Position numbers and translations under genes: made by a program
The notes under the pieces: generated by a model
The model's input: only the letters and a program-made list of their open reading frames with translations
What the model was told of the DNA's origin: nothing
Databases searched by the model: none
Part shown: positions 20,405-34,472 of the stretch, piece after piece
Layout of the letters: every line of letters starts with the position of its first letter
Position numbering within the stretch: the stretch's first letter is position 1
Source: Bugula neritina
Lineage: Eukaryota; Animalia; Bryozoa
Length of the DNA: 64,000 nucleotides
Assembly: GCA_964035545.1 (NCBI GenBank)
Contig: OZ037773.1
Coordinates: 5,113,751-5,177,750 of the forward strand
Direction: 5' to 3'

Positions 20405-22320
20405 TTAGAAGCAGCTTGGTGCAGAAGTTGTCCTGGTTGGACCATGGAAATCAGCAGGGAATGTGAATTGTAAGTATGAAAGAAGTACAGGTTCAGAGTT
20501 GGTTGTGGTAAGAGCAAATGGATACGGAGGTGGTGGATATTTTTCTAAGAGAGGAGATGAGGCAGAGATGGTGGCTGGTTTAGGAGGATTGTATGGTAGA
20601 ATATCAGAGCTGGTGATTACTTTGACCACAATTTGTTGGTAAACCAATGCAAAGTTATTGGTTTGATCAAGGAACCATTCGAATCTCTAGAGTAATGAGA
20701 ATAGACAGAGTTGGAAATAGAATAGACTACAGGATAGTGCATGTGCATCAGATGAGTGAGTAAAACTAGAAGATAATGCAGCAGCTGAAATAAAACTGAA
20801 ATTCCACGACAAAAAATTGGACCTTGAAGATATCAAATGATGAAAGTTGATTTAGAGAAATTTTAGTCAGAAAACCACAGCAGTTAGAAAGGTTCCAAAT
20901 TAGAAAAAATGAATTTGTTTGAGGCAAAATACTTTTGCAATAATCGCAGTCAATCGTGGGATGTAAAACTGAACAGTCATAAACTTAAATAATTGCGACA
21001 TACTTTTCTCAGACGCTCTAAACTTTTCATCATAAGTTTTTCTGCTTCTTCATCATAATTCATGAAATGGCAGAGTAGGCTAAAAATAAAAGGTTCTGAG
21101 TTATTAAGCAGCAGCCACACATGTATACTAGACTGCAGAATATTATATATTTCCCTGCAAACTAAGTATAGTTCAAAGGTCATTTAGGATTTTCATAGCA
21201 AACCATATAGTTTATGAGAAATGTTATATTACCTATTCATGGGTTTAGCATCTCCATCATCAAATCTTGTCAATTGGAACACATCATTTTCTACACACCC
21301 TGTCTGTCAGATCAGCAAACTGATTCAAATTTCCCAGACCAAACACAGAGGTGAGTGGAAAATAATTCAGCAAGAGCTCCACTACTTCAACTGCTTTCTT
21401 GATCTTACACTGGTCATTATTACTGTTCCTAATAAATTATATAATACACTAATTATAAGAAATTCACACGTTTAGTGTACGTATAGCATGACTAAGTAAG
21501 CAAATATAATAACCATTGAGCTATACTAAAATATATAAATTACTTAAAAATAACTATCTTACCTTCACCACAGAACATAGTGAGTGGATGGATGCAGTTT
21601 TAAAGTCGAAATCCTGTCCTGTTGAAAGATGTTCTGACAGGCAACGTACTTCCCCTGCACTACCGGGTTGCCGGAATATTCCTACTTGTTCAATGCCAGT
21701 CAGGGCGATTTGAATAAAGATATTCTGCAAAAATATTTGCTTGGTTTAAAGCTGACCAACTCACTAGCTATGTATATGATGTATGTACTAGATAAACACA
21801 TGTCAATGTAGGTGTTCTGCAATCGGAATGGGTAGGCCTATGTTATTAACACTTACCAAAAGTAGAGCTGGAATCTCATTGTTTTTGAAGACAAGCTTTA
21901 AGGGCACTCCAAACTCCAGCCTGAAGCAAAATAAATACATCAATTTCTCTACTAGTTTTAATATTTGCTACAATAAATATATTACAACCTTGAAAAATTA
22001 AAATAGCAGTTACAGAGATTGGAGAGACTATATAATATTGTTTCTACATGCTTATGTATTGTGCCTTCCTATTATTCAGATGCAAAGTGGAAGGTCTATT
22101 TTCTAATGAAGTACTTAGATAAAGTTAAACAAATGTTTCGTATCACATTTCCAAAACCACCCAACAGGAGTTAAACTAAAAAGCAAAAGTAAGCTATTGC
22201 TTATAATAGTTAAATGCTAAAAAATATGCTGTATATTTTATAATATAAACCTACCTTTTGACTCTCGGCTCATCCCTTTCATCAGCAGAAGATCTTTGAG
22301 ATCTTCTTGTAAAAAGTTTT
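20405..22320 (-). pseudogene. RhoGAP-domain gene remnant, copy A
   Basis: Exons encode LEFGVPLKLVFKNNEIPALLL (~21857-21920), NIFIQIALTGIEQVGIFRQPGSAGEVRCLSEHLSTGQDFDFKTASIHSLCSVVK (~21563-21724, arginine-finger GIFR motif), KKAVEVVELLLNYF and a terminal PPPPY exon. Two internal exons are deleted and there are frameshifts. Confidence 0.8.
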
Positions 22321-23732
22321 CTAAAAAAACTCATCACTAAAAGAAAAAAGTCATGAATAATACTTATATATTTTAAAATTGAAATGTAAACTTTACCATA
22401 TAGTAATACAGGCTAACAAACATATTATACTATTGCAACTATAGCAATTGCACAACTCGAAAATATATGAAATCTAAACATTTTATAGAGCATGCAGTGC
22501 TTATGGCTCTGACAATTAGAAAACACAAACAAAACAAAAACCTTTTTATAAAGAGTAGAAGTTTGATGAAAAAGTTTGATTTTTTTTAACTAACCTGATT
22601 ATTTGAGAGAAATGTATACCAATTAAAAAGAGAGATAGAGAGATAACTTCAATGAGCTATATTGTTGCAGAGTAATAATTCCAAAACTCAACAACAAGTA
22701 TAGTTAACACGGTACAACAAAGTATGATACTGAGATGAGTATATACTTTAAACAGTGATTCTATAATGAACAGAATAAGAGATAGAAGCATCTGTATTCT
22801 GAGGCAGAGCAAATCAAACTACACAAAGTCACGACATGATGTTTTTCTCATTGTCTGATTAATGTCGTATAACTCATAAATTCCTTACTACTAAAATTAT
22901 TAGTAATAATTGTGATTAGTTATTGTTATAAAAACATTGTTTTTCACCAACAACTTGAGATTTTTTTCCATTGACATAAAACATGATTAGATGATTTTTC
23001 TTTTTTTGAAAATCGCAGAGCAGACCCTTTCAAAACTCACATTAATTACCACATATTTGGAATAACACTTTTATATCAATTTATTCATTATCCAAGGGTA
23101 GGATAAAGACTATAAAAAGGAATATAATGCATTATAGTGCGCTTGAGTGTTGTAAATATGAATTAGCAAAGTTATAGCTATCTACAAGAAAACATCTTTT
23201 TTATCAATGAATCCTTTTAGAGTCTACAGATATATTTTTGAACTAAATAGGTGTAAATTATTAATTTCTAGTAATAGTTTAAAGTTATATATTAGAATGA
23301 GTTTTATATGAAACACTAAATTTAAACTAGTTTATAATTATGTTAAAAATAAAAAAATATGTTTTTTCTTATATTAATATGAAAAACATTCAATTTCAGT
23401 CAATTAATTAAAGGAAAATGGTGCTGCATGTATGGGAAAATAGCCTATCAATTACTATTTACAAATATATCAACTGGTGTGTTCATTGAAAGTATTTGAA
23501 AAAGCCATACAATTAAGACTGGTGAATTTTTAAAAAACATATAATATTATATAAGAAAGCTTTGAACTTATTATTATCAAAAGTTACATATTCTTATTAT
23601 ATTATATTTCAATATAAGGAATTACAAACAAAATTAAAATAGTGTTTACAATGAAATTGATTTCTACGACTTCAGCTAAACAAATTCTTATTTTAAAAAA
23701 AATTTTCTTGCAATCTTTTAACTGATCAACAT

Positions 23733-26117
23733 CTATTCCAGATGTTTTTCACACACATATTTAATATAACTTGATTCACAAGTATCGTCATCCCAATGGA
23801 AGTTTGTGAGCATGGCAAGACAACTCCCTGAGCCATCAGGCTGACTAATATAAAATCTCTTCATATCCAATGAGTCACCATTATTCCACGTCCAATCATC
23901 ACCATCCTTAGTAGCACCCAGCCATATTGCATACTTCCATGCTGTAATCAACAAACCATTCATAATTTGGAGCCAATTATGCAACTTTATAAGGTTTAAG
24001 AAATATGTAGTTTTAAACACCTCACCATTTAAATACTATAATAATCATATAATGTTTACAGCTATTATATTTGTAAATCGGGCATTATATATTCAAAATT
24101 ACAATATTGATAACCGATATAACTTCAAAACTAAACTGCTGAGAAAACGATGAAATTTTCAACCTAAAAAAATGTCGCAGAAATCGATAATAGCAATGGT
24201 TTGCATGACGATTTACAAAGTATGCAATTATCTCCAACATATATTTGCTGTTCTTGAAATTATAAATAATTAAATAATATAGCGTGATACTTCAACTGGA
24301 AAATATAGCACTTTATTATAAACACAGCTCTAATACCTGATACTTTATTACCAATAATTTTGCTCTATAAGTGTTTGTATTTCTTACACAGTGTTAATTA
24401 CACAGATACTGTGTCTTCTCATGCTTGTAATTCTAATCTAGTTATATATAAACCCAATCAGATTATATTGCTTCTTTTGTGAGCATATAACCACTCATTT
24501 TATTTTTACATAATTAAAAATTTTGATGCAACTGAAAAATATGGCTTTGAATTTATCTCAATGCAAACTTTGGTAAAAGTTTTGCAAATTTGTTTGCATA
24601 TATTTAAATCTTCTATAGCATTTTCTATGACTAAAGCTAACAAATGAATATCAATAGAAAGATTGAAAATATACTGCAGAAGTGATAAAACTTACAAGGT
24701 TCTTCCGCCAACAGAGTCTGGTACCATTCAATGACTTCTTCAGAGTTCAACATAAGGAGAGAAGCTCCAAATGATTGGCAACTTTCTTTGGCTTTATTTG
24801 CAGTTTTAGTCTTAGAGAAAAATTTGATACAAGTTGTGTTAACAGGATTCAGTGTCCACCCATCAGTGCACATCACACTGCCAGGCTCTGCAACACAGTC
24901 TTATATCACACTACATCTTATAAGTTTGATGGTTTTACTGCAGTGTTGAGAGAGATAGTCTGTAGTTTTGAGTATAATCGTTAGCCCCAGGGCTGTTATG
25001 GTTCAAGTGCAGCTGCTTGCAAGACGAGAAGTCTTGAGTCCGAATCCCAGTGGGAGAAAGAGTTTTATATAATCAATTTGAAAAGGATGCATGTTTTAGA
25101 ATAAAGACGATTGTAATTCAATGCAGAAAAAAGTGCTAACTAAATAATTAACCCTTTCAGTATTATAGGAAAATTGAAATGTGTACGAAATAAATGTTTT
25201 TAATAATACACAAACAAACAAAAATGGGCATTTTGGCCGGCTTTAACATATCCATGATTAGAGATTTTTATCATAATTATAGAAACTATAAACTCATGAA
25301 AAAAGTAAAGTACATATATACCTGCATCATATATCACATCAAAACCTGCACCATTTGTAGTTGGCCAGGCTTGATAGGAGCTGTACTTGGACCAGAAACA
25401 CTCCTGAGTAGAAGTCTTATAAGCAAAAGATTTACAGCCAGTATTTTTCAGACAGTGTTTTGCACATCTAGAGACAGAGCTGAGTGTAACTGAAGTTGGA
25501 CTCACTAAAACTCTGTTTGTAGAGTTTTGATAGTAGTAAAGATTTTCTGTCGTTGTACCAAAACTCTATAATAAATATTATATTTTAGTATTATATTAGC
25601 CGCTAAATTATACAATTAAAAGGCGATAGCTGCAGTATATGTGATTATTTATAGAAAAGTTTATCTTTTTCATCAAAGTTACAAAATTTTATGCATCACC
25701 TATCAGTGAGCTAGTATTCATTATTTACTGCTTTTATATAAGTTAGATGGTATAACTGAATTTATATATTGATAGATTATTGATAGATTCATTATATTTA
25801 GCTCAAAACACATCTAGTATATGTGATAGCCTCTGGAACATATAGTAAATTGTTCTGATAAACTCAACATAATGATTCTCAGCCGAATAAAGAGCATTAT
25901 AGAATAAACAAAAACAAATAGTATAGACTGTAGAATCAGTTAAAAATTTTATGTGTTCAAAGTCAGAGTCTTTATAATTAACTTAGACCAGTCACTTATA
26001 TTGTTGCATAAATTAAGTACAACATTGGTTTAAATTTTATGAATTATTATACCGTACCTGGTAAGTTGCTAAGAGGTGAAAGAGGAAAGCCTTGTAAATA
26101 AAAGTCGAAAACATCAT
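23733..26117 (-). CDS. PAN/apple + C-type lectin, copy 3 (234 aa, intact, QPD/WDD type)
   Basis: Exons 26117-26058 (MMFSTFIYKAFLFHLLATYQ), 25565-25322, 24887-24696 and 23941-23733. Total 705 nt in frame. Confidence 0.9.
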
Positions 26118-26425
26118 CTTGTAATTTCATCTGCCAATTTCTATGCAGCCAAAGGAGTTAAACTACATTGACCTCAAACTCTGAACCGTGTGTATGTTTA
26201 ATTTTTATTTAGCAGAAAAATAAGATGTTATTTAAGAAGTAAGATTATTGATTATTGATTATCCAAACATTACCTTTGGCATCTTAGCGCAAGAACAAAC
26301 ACACTTAAGTATATCTGCATGTTTGCATAATTGGCATACATTTGTTTGTGTTTAATGAAAAAACCTCCATTTCTTATGGTTTTAAATATTATTTAAAGAA
26401 TATTTTTCATCAACATAACATTATA

Positions 26426-26849
26426 CAGGTCATTTTACTTAATTTAGTACACACTGGAAATCTCCAGTTTTTAGCTATTTGTTTTTACAATTTAACTGTT
26501 AATTAACTCGGGTTTTTCCCAAAACTAGTAAAATATAATTTAACACACCTAAATAATCAAGTTTCTTCTTAATTTTGCTTGATTTCCCATGTTTTTTTTA
26601 ATTATTCAGCTAATTTCTATTTCGGAGAGTTATGGTTTTTTCATAACACTCTGCAATCAAAAGTAGCTGAATAATTAAGAAAAAACATGGGAAATCAAGC
26701 AAAATTAAGATGAACCTTGATTATTCAAGTGTATTTATTGATACTATACCAGTTTTGGGCAAAAGCCCATGGTCATTAGCAGCTAAATTGTAGAAAATTG
26801 CAAAAAACTGAAGATTTCCAGTGTGTACTAAAATAAGTAAAATGACCCA
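26426..26849. mobile_element. Foldback MITE with ~200-bp inverted arms, TA-flanked (Tc1/mariner-like)
   Basis: ta|caggtcattttacttaatttagtacacactggaaatct ... agatttccagtgtgtactaaaataagtaaaatgaccca|ta. Confidence 0.8.
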
Positions 26850-27244
26850 TACATTTAATAGCAAGCAACTTTGGTAGAAGCATTTGATTGCACGTTTATG
26901 AACTACTGTTCACTTTCAAAATTGGACTGCGAATAAATATAAATTAAAGATCACATAAGATGTATGAAAAAGAAGTTGTGATCAAAGTCTGCATTTCCTA
27001 TATACACTTGAAACATTTTAATTGTTGTTTTGCGTTTTTTGTATGAATGAAAACTTAATTAACAAACAAGATTTGCTGCAGCATACTTGTACATTCCTGA
27101 GTGTGTACTATATTAGCGGTTGAAAAAAATATGTTTTTTAAATTATTATATGATTGCATTATTTTTATTTAAACTAATATTATTATAAATCACAACACAC
27201 CAAGAAACACTGGTTATATATACTTTAGAATAATTAGCAATTAA

Positions 27245-27669
27245 ACCCTATTCAGAGGTCCCCGATACCTCCTTTATACAATTAAGAATTGTGTCCTACC
27301 AAAGTGAATATAGGTTGAACTTTTGTATAAAGAGGAAACTCATTGAGAATTTAAAGTTTGGCTGTTACTAAAAATTTTAATTATGCTATAGAATTGTTCT
27401 TTTAGGAGATAGATATTTTGGTATAAGCGCACATATTAGCAGCTCAAAAATAATTTAAAAATATTTCTTCATGCAGAATTTTGAAGAAAGTAAGCTTGAA
27501 AGAATTTCTGTGGATTTGGTTACTGAGCAATGGCTGAAGTGGCACTTCAGCATTGCTCAGTAGCCAAAACCACAAAAATGAGTTCAAGTTTATTTTGTTC
27601 GATAATTTTCATTTTGGAAGGACACAACTCCTAATTGTAAGGGGAACATTGGAAACCTCTGAAAACGGT
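27245..27669. mobile_element. MITE with imperfect ~60-bp TIRs and an internal hairpin, just 3' of lectin copy 4
   Basis: accctattcagagg...cctctgaaaacggt. Internal stem tactgagcaatggctgaagtg-g-cacttcagcattgctcagta. Absent from the homologous 3' region of copy 8. Confidence 0.7.
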
Positions 27670-27691
27670 ATATTATAACTAAAATCAACAT

Positions 27692-30009
27692 TCAATATTT
27701 CTCGCAGACAAATTTCATAGTAGCATCTTCACAGGTGTAGTCAAACCATTTGAAATTGATATGCATGAGGATACAATTCCCAGAGTGATCTGGTTCATCC
27801 TGATTAAATTTAGAATAGTCCAATGGTTCACCATTGTCCCATTCCCATTCACCATTCTTCCTAGTAGCCCCAATCCATATGTCATGATTCCATGCTGTAA
27901 CAAACCTTATTATAGCGGGGTGCAAGAGTTAGGTTTTAGCGTGCAGTTTTACCTGATAATTTTGTAGTTTACAAGCAATGTACATTATAGCTTTTTGATA
28001 ATGCCATTGAATAAGATATTAAGCACCAAATCTATATTATACTGAATTTAGTAATAAAATTATTTTGTGTTTTTCATTTCCAAGTTATAACAAAACAGTA
28101 GAAAATCACACAAGTTTATAGTCACCATCTCTGTGAGAATCCCTGATAAAAAAAGCATTTTTTAAAATAGACTAAGGAATTATTCATTACATTGAGCACA
28201 AGAGCAATTATGACTGAATGCTCTTCTTAACATCACCAATGGCCTTCACTAGTGTACTTGGAAGCCATGACCTCGTGTTTACTAAGCCAAACACTCTAAC
28301 ATTTAGACCATACTAAGCTGCTTTTATGTTATATTAAGCAGGGACCAAAAAGCACCATGTTATAAGCTTAGTGTATATTAGCTCATTATAATTATTGACA
28401 TTTCACATGCAAGAAACATCTTTTACCATTAGGATAGTTATTGCAGTTGCCCTAGTATAACAGCTATTGTCTGCACATTTGCAAAAGCTAAAACATCTTA
28501 TTTCTTGTCTTTGTTACCTATCTGTCTAAGAGATGAACACACTTACAAGGTTCTTCAGCTACCAGAGTCTGGTACCATTCAAAGACCTCTTGAGTGTCTA
28601 ACATCAGAAGATTAGCTCCAATAGATGCACAAACAGTTCGAGCCTCATTGCCTGTTTTGGCTTCAGAGAAGAACTTGAGACAAGTTCGTTTTACTGGGTT
28701 TACTTTCCAACCAGGTTCACAAGCACCATTGAGTTCTACAACGTCAGTATTTAATTTGAAGTTTTGCTATTTGTCTTATAGAAAAATTAAAACTTTTCTC
28801 AACTTTAGATTTATTTATTTTTGAAATTGATTGTATATGTAACTCTATTAATAAAATTTCTTACTATTTATTTTATATCATCTACAAGACTTCCCTTAAG
28901 TTGCTGCTGCCAATAAAAATAAAATTATAAGAATAATAATGTATTAAAATGCTTTAGAAACATTGCGGTAAGTTTTATTTATTTTCTGGGCATCTTTACA
29001 CTGTAATACAGGCTATATATTGAACAAAGCTTCTTTTACAGTCTAAATCATGATTCCCAAATTTTACTAAAATATTTATCACTGACGTTGAAGGCCTGTT
29101 AGTTTGCTCTTAATTGATTTCAAAGTTTTCATCTGAACTTTTGTAGCTTTTTAAACAGATTTCTTTTTAGGCAAGTAATTGCTGTCAAGCAAATGCCTAT
29201 TTTTAAGAAAACAACTAAATGCACTTGAAATTATTTAAAATACTAGAAAATATAGAGTATAGCTTTGAGGTATGCAAAAAATTAATAATTGTTTTGAAAT
29301 TTCTTTCATTTTGAAGAGGATGCCTGCTCATTACCAACTTGCAAACTTGACTGAGTTCTGAAAATAATATTATAGAAAAAAACTATTTAACAAAGACACC
29401 AGAAAGGCACCTAAAAACATACCCGTATCATATACTACTGTGTAGTAAGACTCAAAGGCTAGACTGCTGACAGAGTAAGAACTAAACTTAGACCAGACAC
29501 ACTCTTGAGTAGAGTTCTTGTAACCAAACGATTTGCAGCTGGTTTCACTCAGACAGTTTTGTGCACATTTAAACACAGAACTGAGTGTGACTGAACATGA
29601 GTTGTGTAAAACTCGTCCTCTAGTATCTTGTTGGTAGTATAGAAAGCTTCAAGAGTACCATGGAAACCTGAGAAGTATATAAACACAGCTATGAGATTAG
29701 GATATTGTAACCTTGTGAAAGAATACCATTTTAAAAACTTTGGCAAAGCTTGTACATATAATTGTGATATTGCGTTCAAAATATAGAGTAGCTCTATTCC
29801 GTGAATACAAAATCCATTTTTAATAACAAAACGAACACTTTGACTGATGCTCAACTTGAGCCAAATGAAAACATATCAAGCTCTTAAGAGCCATCAAAAC
29901 ACGTCTTTTAAAAAATTCAAGCAAACCAAAGCACTACAATCTTATTTACCTGAAAGCCATGGAATATTAGAGGCAGTAGTGCCAAAAGAAAAGTATTAGA
30001 ATATTACAT
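27692..30009 (-). pseudogene. PAN/apple + C-type lectin, copy 4 (pseudogene, EPD/WFD type)
   Basis: Exon 1 (30009-29950) begins ATG-TAA. Exon 2 (29667-29423) is 245 nt, with two 2-nt insertions giving a frameshift. Exons 28735-28547 and 27894-27692 are open. Confidence 0.85.
28120..28320 (-). mobile_element. tRNA-derived SINE in intron 3 of lectin copy 4
   Basis: Shared body gagcaattatgactgaatgctcttcttaacatcaccaatggcc. Confidence 0.6.
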
Positions 30010-30639
30010 AATCTATGAGTAAAAGCTATCTATTAAAATAACATTATTGCACAGCTACAAGCTGTTTCCAACCAACCGATAACCAAGTTTTTACTGTAAT
30101 GTACATGTTTTAAATCAGTATTCAAAATGCTGTATGCATTAAAATTGACGTTACAAACAATTATCTTTAACCCAAGTACTATTTTTATAGAAAACAACAA
30201 TGAGATTTCCTGAAAATAAATTTAAATTTCACAGGTGCAACTTGTGTAAACATGGCATACAACTTGTGTCAATTTTGGTTGCCAAGTGTGTCAACATGGT
30301 TTGTTAGTTTATTACTGTACAGTACCTCTACGTTTAGCAAAATCAGCTTTACAACTATATGTATTTAGTTTGTTTATTAAGTAATAAATGCATACAAAGT
30401 TAATTCTATTTTTCTATAATCAATAAAATTTGCATTGCAGACTTTATTCTGATTTTTACTGTAGCGGACATGAGCTCAATTTAACATATAAAGGTTATAT
30501 CAAACTGTCAAGTAGCTTATGTTAGATTCTATTTTTATGTGAGATTATAGATTGATACTTTAACATGAAAATGACAATCGTGACAATTAGGTGGCTGTAC
30601 GCTGATGCAACCTTGACAGTATATTCTCACTCAATTTTT

Positions 30640-30835
30640 TAGTCCCTACCCTTGTGAGAAACCTCTGATAGAAAGGGGTTTTAATTAAATTGAGCTAAGT
30701 ACTTATTAAGATGAGGCACAGAAGCAATTATGACTGGATGCTCTTCCTATAAACATCACCAATGGCCTTTGTCTGGGCTCGAACCCATGACTTTGTGCTA
30801 TAACCAGGCAAGCGCCCTAACCCCTATAGACCACA
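30640..30835 (-). mobile_element. tRNA-derived SINE at the junction between type-A upstream DNA and type-B intron 1
   Basis: gggctcgaacccatgac core. The flanks switch paralogy across the element. Confidence 0.65.
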
Positions 30836-31062
30836 ACAGTACAAATTGCTATTTTTCTTGCAGTGCTAAGCTTAAAATTTCAAACTGAAATCATTCACTT
30901 GGACGATGAAAGATTGGCGTTGATACCATCACCTTCTTACAAAACTAAGACCATAACTGTACAAGTTTAATTTAAATATAATAATGTGTCATACTGCAAG
31001 CAGTCAATGAATACGCATTTTTCAAAAAGAAAGAATTAGGCAACCCAAGCATTACAAGTTAC

Positions 31063-31122
31063 CTGAAAGCTGTTGAGTGCCAAAAATTGGAATAGAGAAA
31101 TTAAATTGACAAAATATTTCAT
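31063..31122 (-). other. Orphan or alternative type-B signal-peptide exon (MKYFVNLISLFQFLALNSFQ) upstream of copy 4
   Basis: Homologous to exon 1 of copies 2 and 5, with an intact ATG and CAG|GTAAC donor. Confidence 0.8.
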
Positions 31123-31992
31123 TATGTATGAATAGCTGGCTATCCAGAATGTGAAACGAGTGCACAATTATCAGCTCCTTACAACTAAGTGACACATACA
31201 GTAAAGGTGTCATCGTATAACAATCCAGCGTTCAATATACTCCGAACACTTTCACTGATTGCTCATATCAAATATCTTCCACTCAAGAACCATTCTTATA
31301 CAAAAACTATGATTTTAGTTCCCGACTGAGATTAAAATCTCACAATTGTAGCTTGTGCGAATGCCACTTGGTAGCCTATTGTTTTGTTTACCTTTCTGTT
31401 CAGTGTATCTTGAAACAATATTTGCGATTGCGGTTTATCAGATTTATTTTTAAGCACTTTTTCAATTTTTCAATGTTGTTCTTATAAGGGGAACATACTT
31501 GTTACTTTTAAATTAAAGTTAGCCAGAATTAACTTGTATTTTAGTAATACTCTGCTGACCATAATGGTAATTTTTTGCATAATATATTATTATTATTTTA
31601 TATAATATTATACATTACTGATACAATGTAGCTAGTGTTTAGTATTTATTTCTGTATATTGTCACTTTTTCACTTATCTTACATGATAATACAAAATAGG
31701 CTACAATAATTATGTATAACGAGAATATCTAGTGCAGTTTTCCTTTCAGTCTTTTTGACGATAGCTGCGTCTATCCATACATCTTCAGTTTCTGATAACT
31801 ACAGTATTAAATAAAAGAAAAATTAGTTATATTGTAGAAGTTGAGCCCTAAAAACTTGACATATATTAATTAATAGCTGGTATTTATGGATTAGCAGATC
31901 AAGAGATTAGCTATAATTAAAGAACAAAGTGATCTAATTCAATTTTACTAACAATAAAATTCTACTAAATACTTCATTAAGCAGAGATAGTA

Positions 31993-34031
31993 CTACGTAC
32001 GTGGAGCACTGCTTATAGCTCCACTTTCGCCCATGTAGAGTCGTCCACTATCGTACAAAACAGAGAACGGGAACACTAAGCTGCATCTAGCTCGCTCTGA
32101 AACTCCTCTATCCACATCCAATAGCTGAATGTCCTGCTTCCCTGTGTCAGCAACAGCTATTAGACCTGGCTCTATCTCAACCACACCAAAGCCATAGCTT
32201 AAGGCAGCGATGTCAAGTGTTTGAACAGAATGGTTTTCATCTCCGTCTCTGATTATCTTGGCTACATCATACATGTTGGAGACAAAGAGAAACGATCTAT
32301 CAAAGCTCCATGATATGGAATTTGGGTGATAAATGCCTTCTGTAACAACGGTTGTTACATTTCCTGTGTCCAATGTTACTTTTCTCACAGCATTGTTAGA
32401 TTCATCACTAACATAGATTACATTCTTGTCGGCAACATTATATGCAACATCACTGGGCTCAAAAAACTTGCCCGTCCCAGGTGGTCCGTCAACTAACCCG
32501 GAAGATCCGCAGGTCCCAGCAATCACGTAATACTCACTGGTAGTGCGATTCAAGCCCAGAATGCAATGCTGATAAATTGACACAATTACTATAGTGTCAG
32601 TATCTAATTGGACAAAGCCAGCCAAAGCATAAAGCTCATTGACAGGTGGAACATCATCACTGACTGGCTGACCTACAGGTGCATAACGACTTCTAGGGCC
32701 ATTATTTCTACCAAGAAGCTTGGTGTTTGAAGCGCTGCTGAAGTTTGCATCTATAGAGTAGATGGCAAACCCATCTGAGTAGAGGAATCCACCAGTGTCA
32801 GAGGCTAAATCTTTTTGAATTTTAAAGACGTTGTTTTGGTATGGCAACTCCAAGTGTATAATTTTGTTGCCTAGTTTAGCTCTACAAAGGTAAAGATCTT
32901 ACACATTTTATTTGTTCTACAGCACTTGAAATATACATTCATATATCAATATGTACTCATGTATCAATATTTTAATAGACAAGGGTTATTAGCACCAAAT
33001 TTAAATTTTTTATGAGCACTTAAAAAGCTAATCACTAAAAGTTTTACAACAAAATTAGGTCATGTTTTTTTGTGCACTTTAATCTATACTGATATCAATG
33101 TCACAGAGAAATTATGTGTTAAAGGCTATTTAATTGTCCGAGTAGACAATTCAGCAATATATAATGAGATAGGTACAGTAATGGAAAAATTGAGAAAGGC
33201 CTGTGTTTTATATTAGAAATGTAGCAAAAGAGGTTATGTTCAACCCACACCCAAACCGAAACTTAATAAAGAAATCAAAGAGCCTAGGCTATCTCAATTT
33301 CTCCGCGACTGCTCCTAAGTGGTAATGATGCTCTTATACATACTTTACTTGTGACTCTAAAGGAACACTTGACACCTCCAGAAGAAAAGATACCAACACC
33401 TACAAACAAGAACAAAGCATTATATAGGCTACTATAATCATATCACAGAACTCTAAGTTATTATTGATGAGCTGGTAAGACGCAGCAAATTTTTTTTCTC
33501 AGCTGTGTTTTGTTTATTTGATATTTCACCAAAATATTAGTAGTATTGACAAAAGCTGCTATTCTTTAAAATAGAGAGGCAAAAAACTAATGTTGAAGAA
33601 AACTTCAGTTTCTATTTCGCAAGAAAATTGCAAATTAAACTATGACGCGCATTAAATTTGAACTTTTCATAGAAAAAATGTTTTTAACATTAAAAAGATA
33701 GAGGTTTTTGAAACGTTGCTTTACATTCAGGCATTACACATGTTATAGGCAGGTTTGTTTTAATCTCATAATATTATGGGAATAGTTAGTCTTACATGTA
33801 GGAGTTGTATTACCACTAATTGTTGGTTATAAACGTAAAAGCTACAAATAATTTCTTGTATAAATTTCTATTTGTTGCTTTCCCTTTTCAGCTGCTACTA
33901 TAGCCTCATAAAGGCAAATCTGCCTTATTAGAAACAATGCAAATCTTGTCTTGTAGAATTTATGAAATAAATATTATATAACCGAGTATAGAAATAGTAT
34001 CACATACCAAACTAAAAACACTGGCTTGCAT
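31993..34031 (-). CDS. Secreted NHL-repeat (beta-propeller) protein, ~322 aa
   Basis: Exons 34031-34008 (MQASVFSL), 33399-33344 (VLVSFLLEVSSVPLESQV) and 32881-31993. NHL motifs IAGTCGSSGLVDG..KFFEPSDVAY..IYVSDESNNAVRKVTLDTGNVTTV and IAVADTGKQDIQLLD. Confidence 0.85.
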
Positions 34032-34472
34032 CTTGAGTCTTCCAAGTTCTCTTGATAGTAGTTGTTGCTAATTTGCTGTTGCTGAGAAATTGGTTTGAAA
34101 GGCTGAATATTCAGGTTATATACTTTTTAACTAGCCTAGATTCGGCAATACAGTAAACATCCAACATGTGAGAATTAGCAAACCACCCTTACTATACACA
34201 TGTGTTTAAGCTCTAAGTCAATAAAATATAATATAGGCCTATATATACTGACTATGTAATATGTACTCCATGCAGGGTCGTATTATGATCAGTAGAAGTC
34301 AATTGTTTAACAATATAATAGTGACTAGAGGTTAAATGTCAGGGTTGTGTAAGCATGCTTCTAATTTTAACTATTTCATCATAATATTATAAACACACTG
34401 TATCATACAGTAAATAATTATAAATGTGACCAATTGAATAACCTTTTTGACAGATCCTTCATGATTTATAAT

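Larger units (their letters stand above)
16540..30490. repeat. Segmental duplication unit A (lectin copies 2-4 plus RhoGAP remnant), paralogous to ~36660-54390
   Basis: Collinear near-identity of exons, introns, MITEs and intergenic DNA (e.g. 19480-20160 vs 39590-40280). Boundaries approximate. Confidence 0.85.

Noticed and set aside
24985-25060. tRNA-like segment with gagtccgaatccc / gagttcgaatccc (also ~45445-45510)
   Set aside because: No complete cloverleaf could be drawn. It is probably a decayed SINE head, not a tRNA gene.
28594-28824. Recurrent plus-strand ORF family MSNIRRLAPIDA.. (also 37944, 51713, 56285)
   Set aside because: It is the antisense shadow of conserved lectin exon 3, with non-ATG starts and no splice support.
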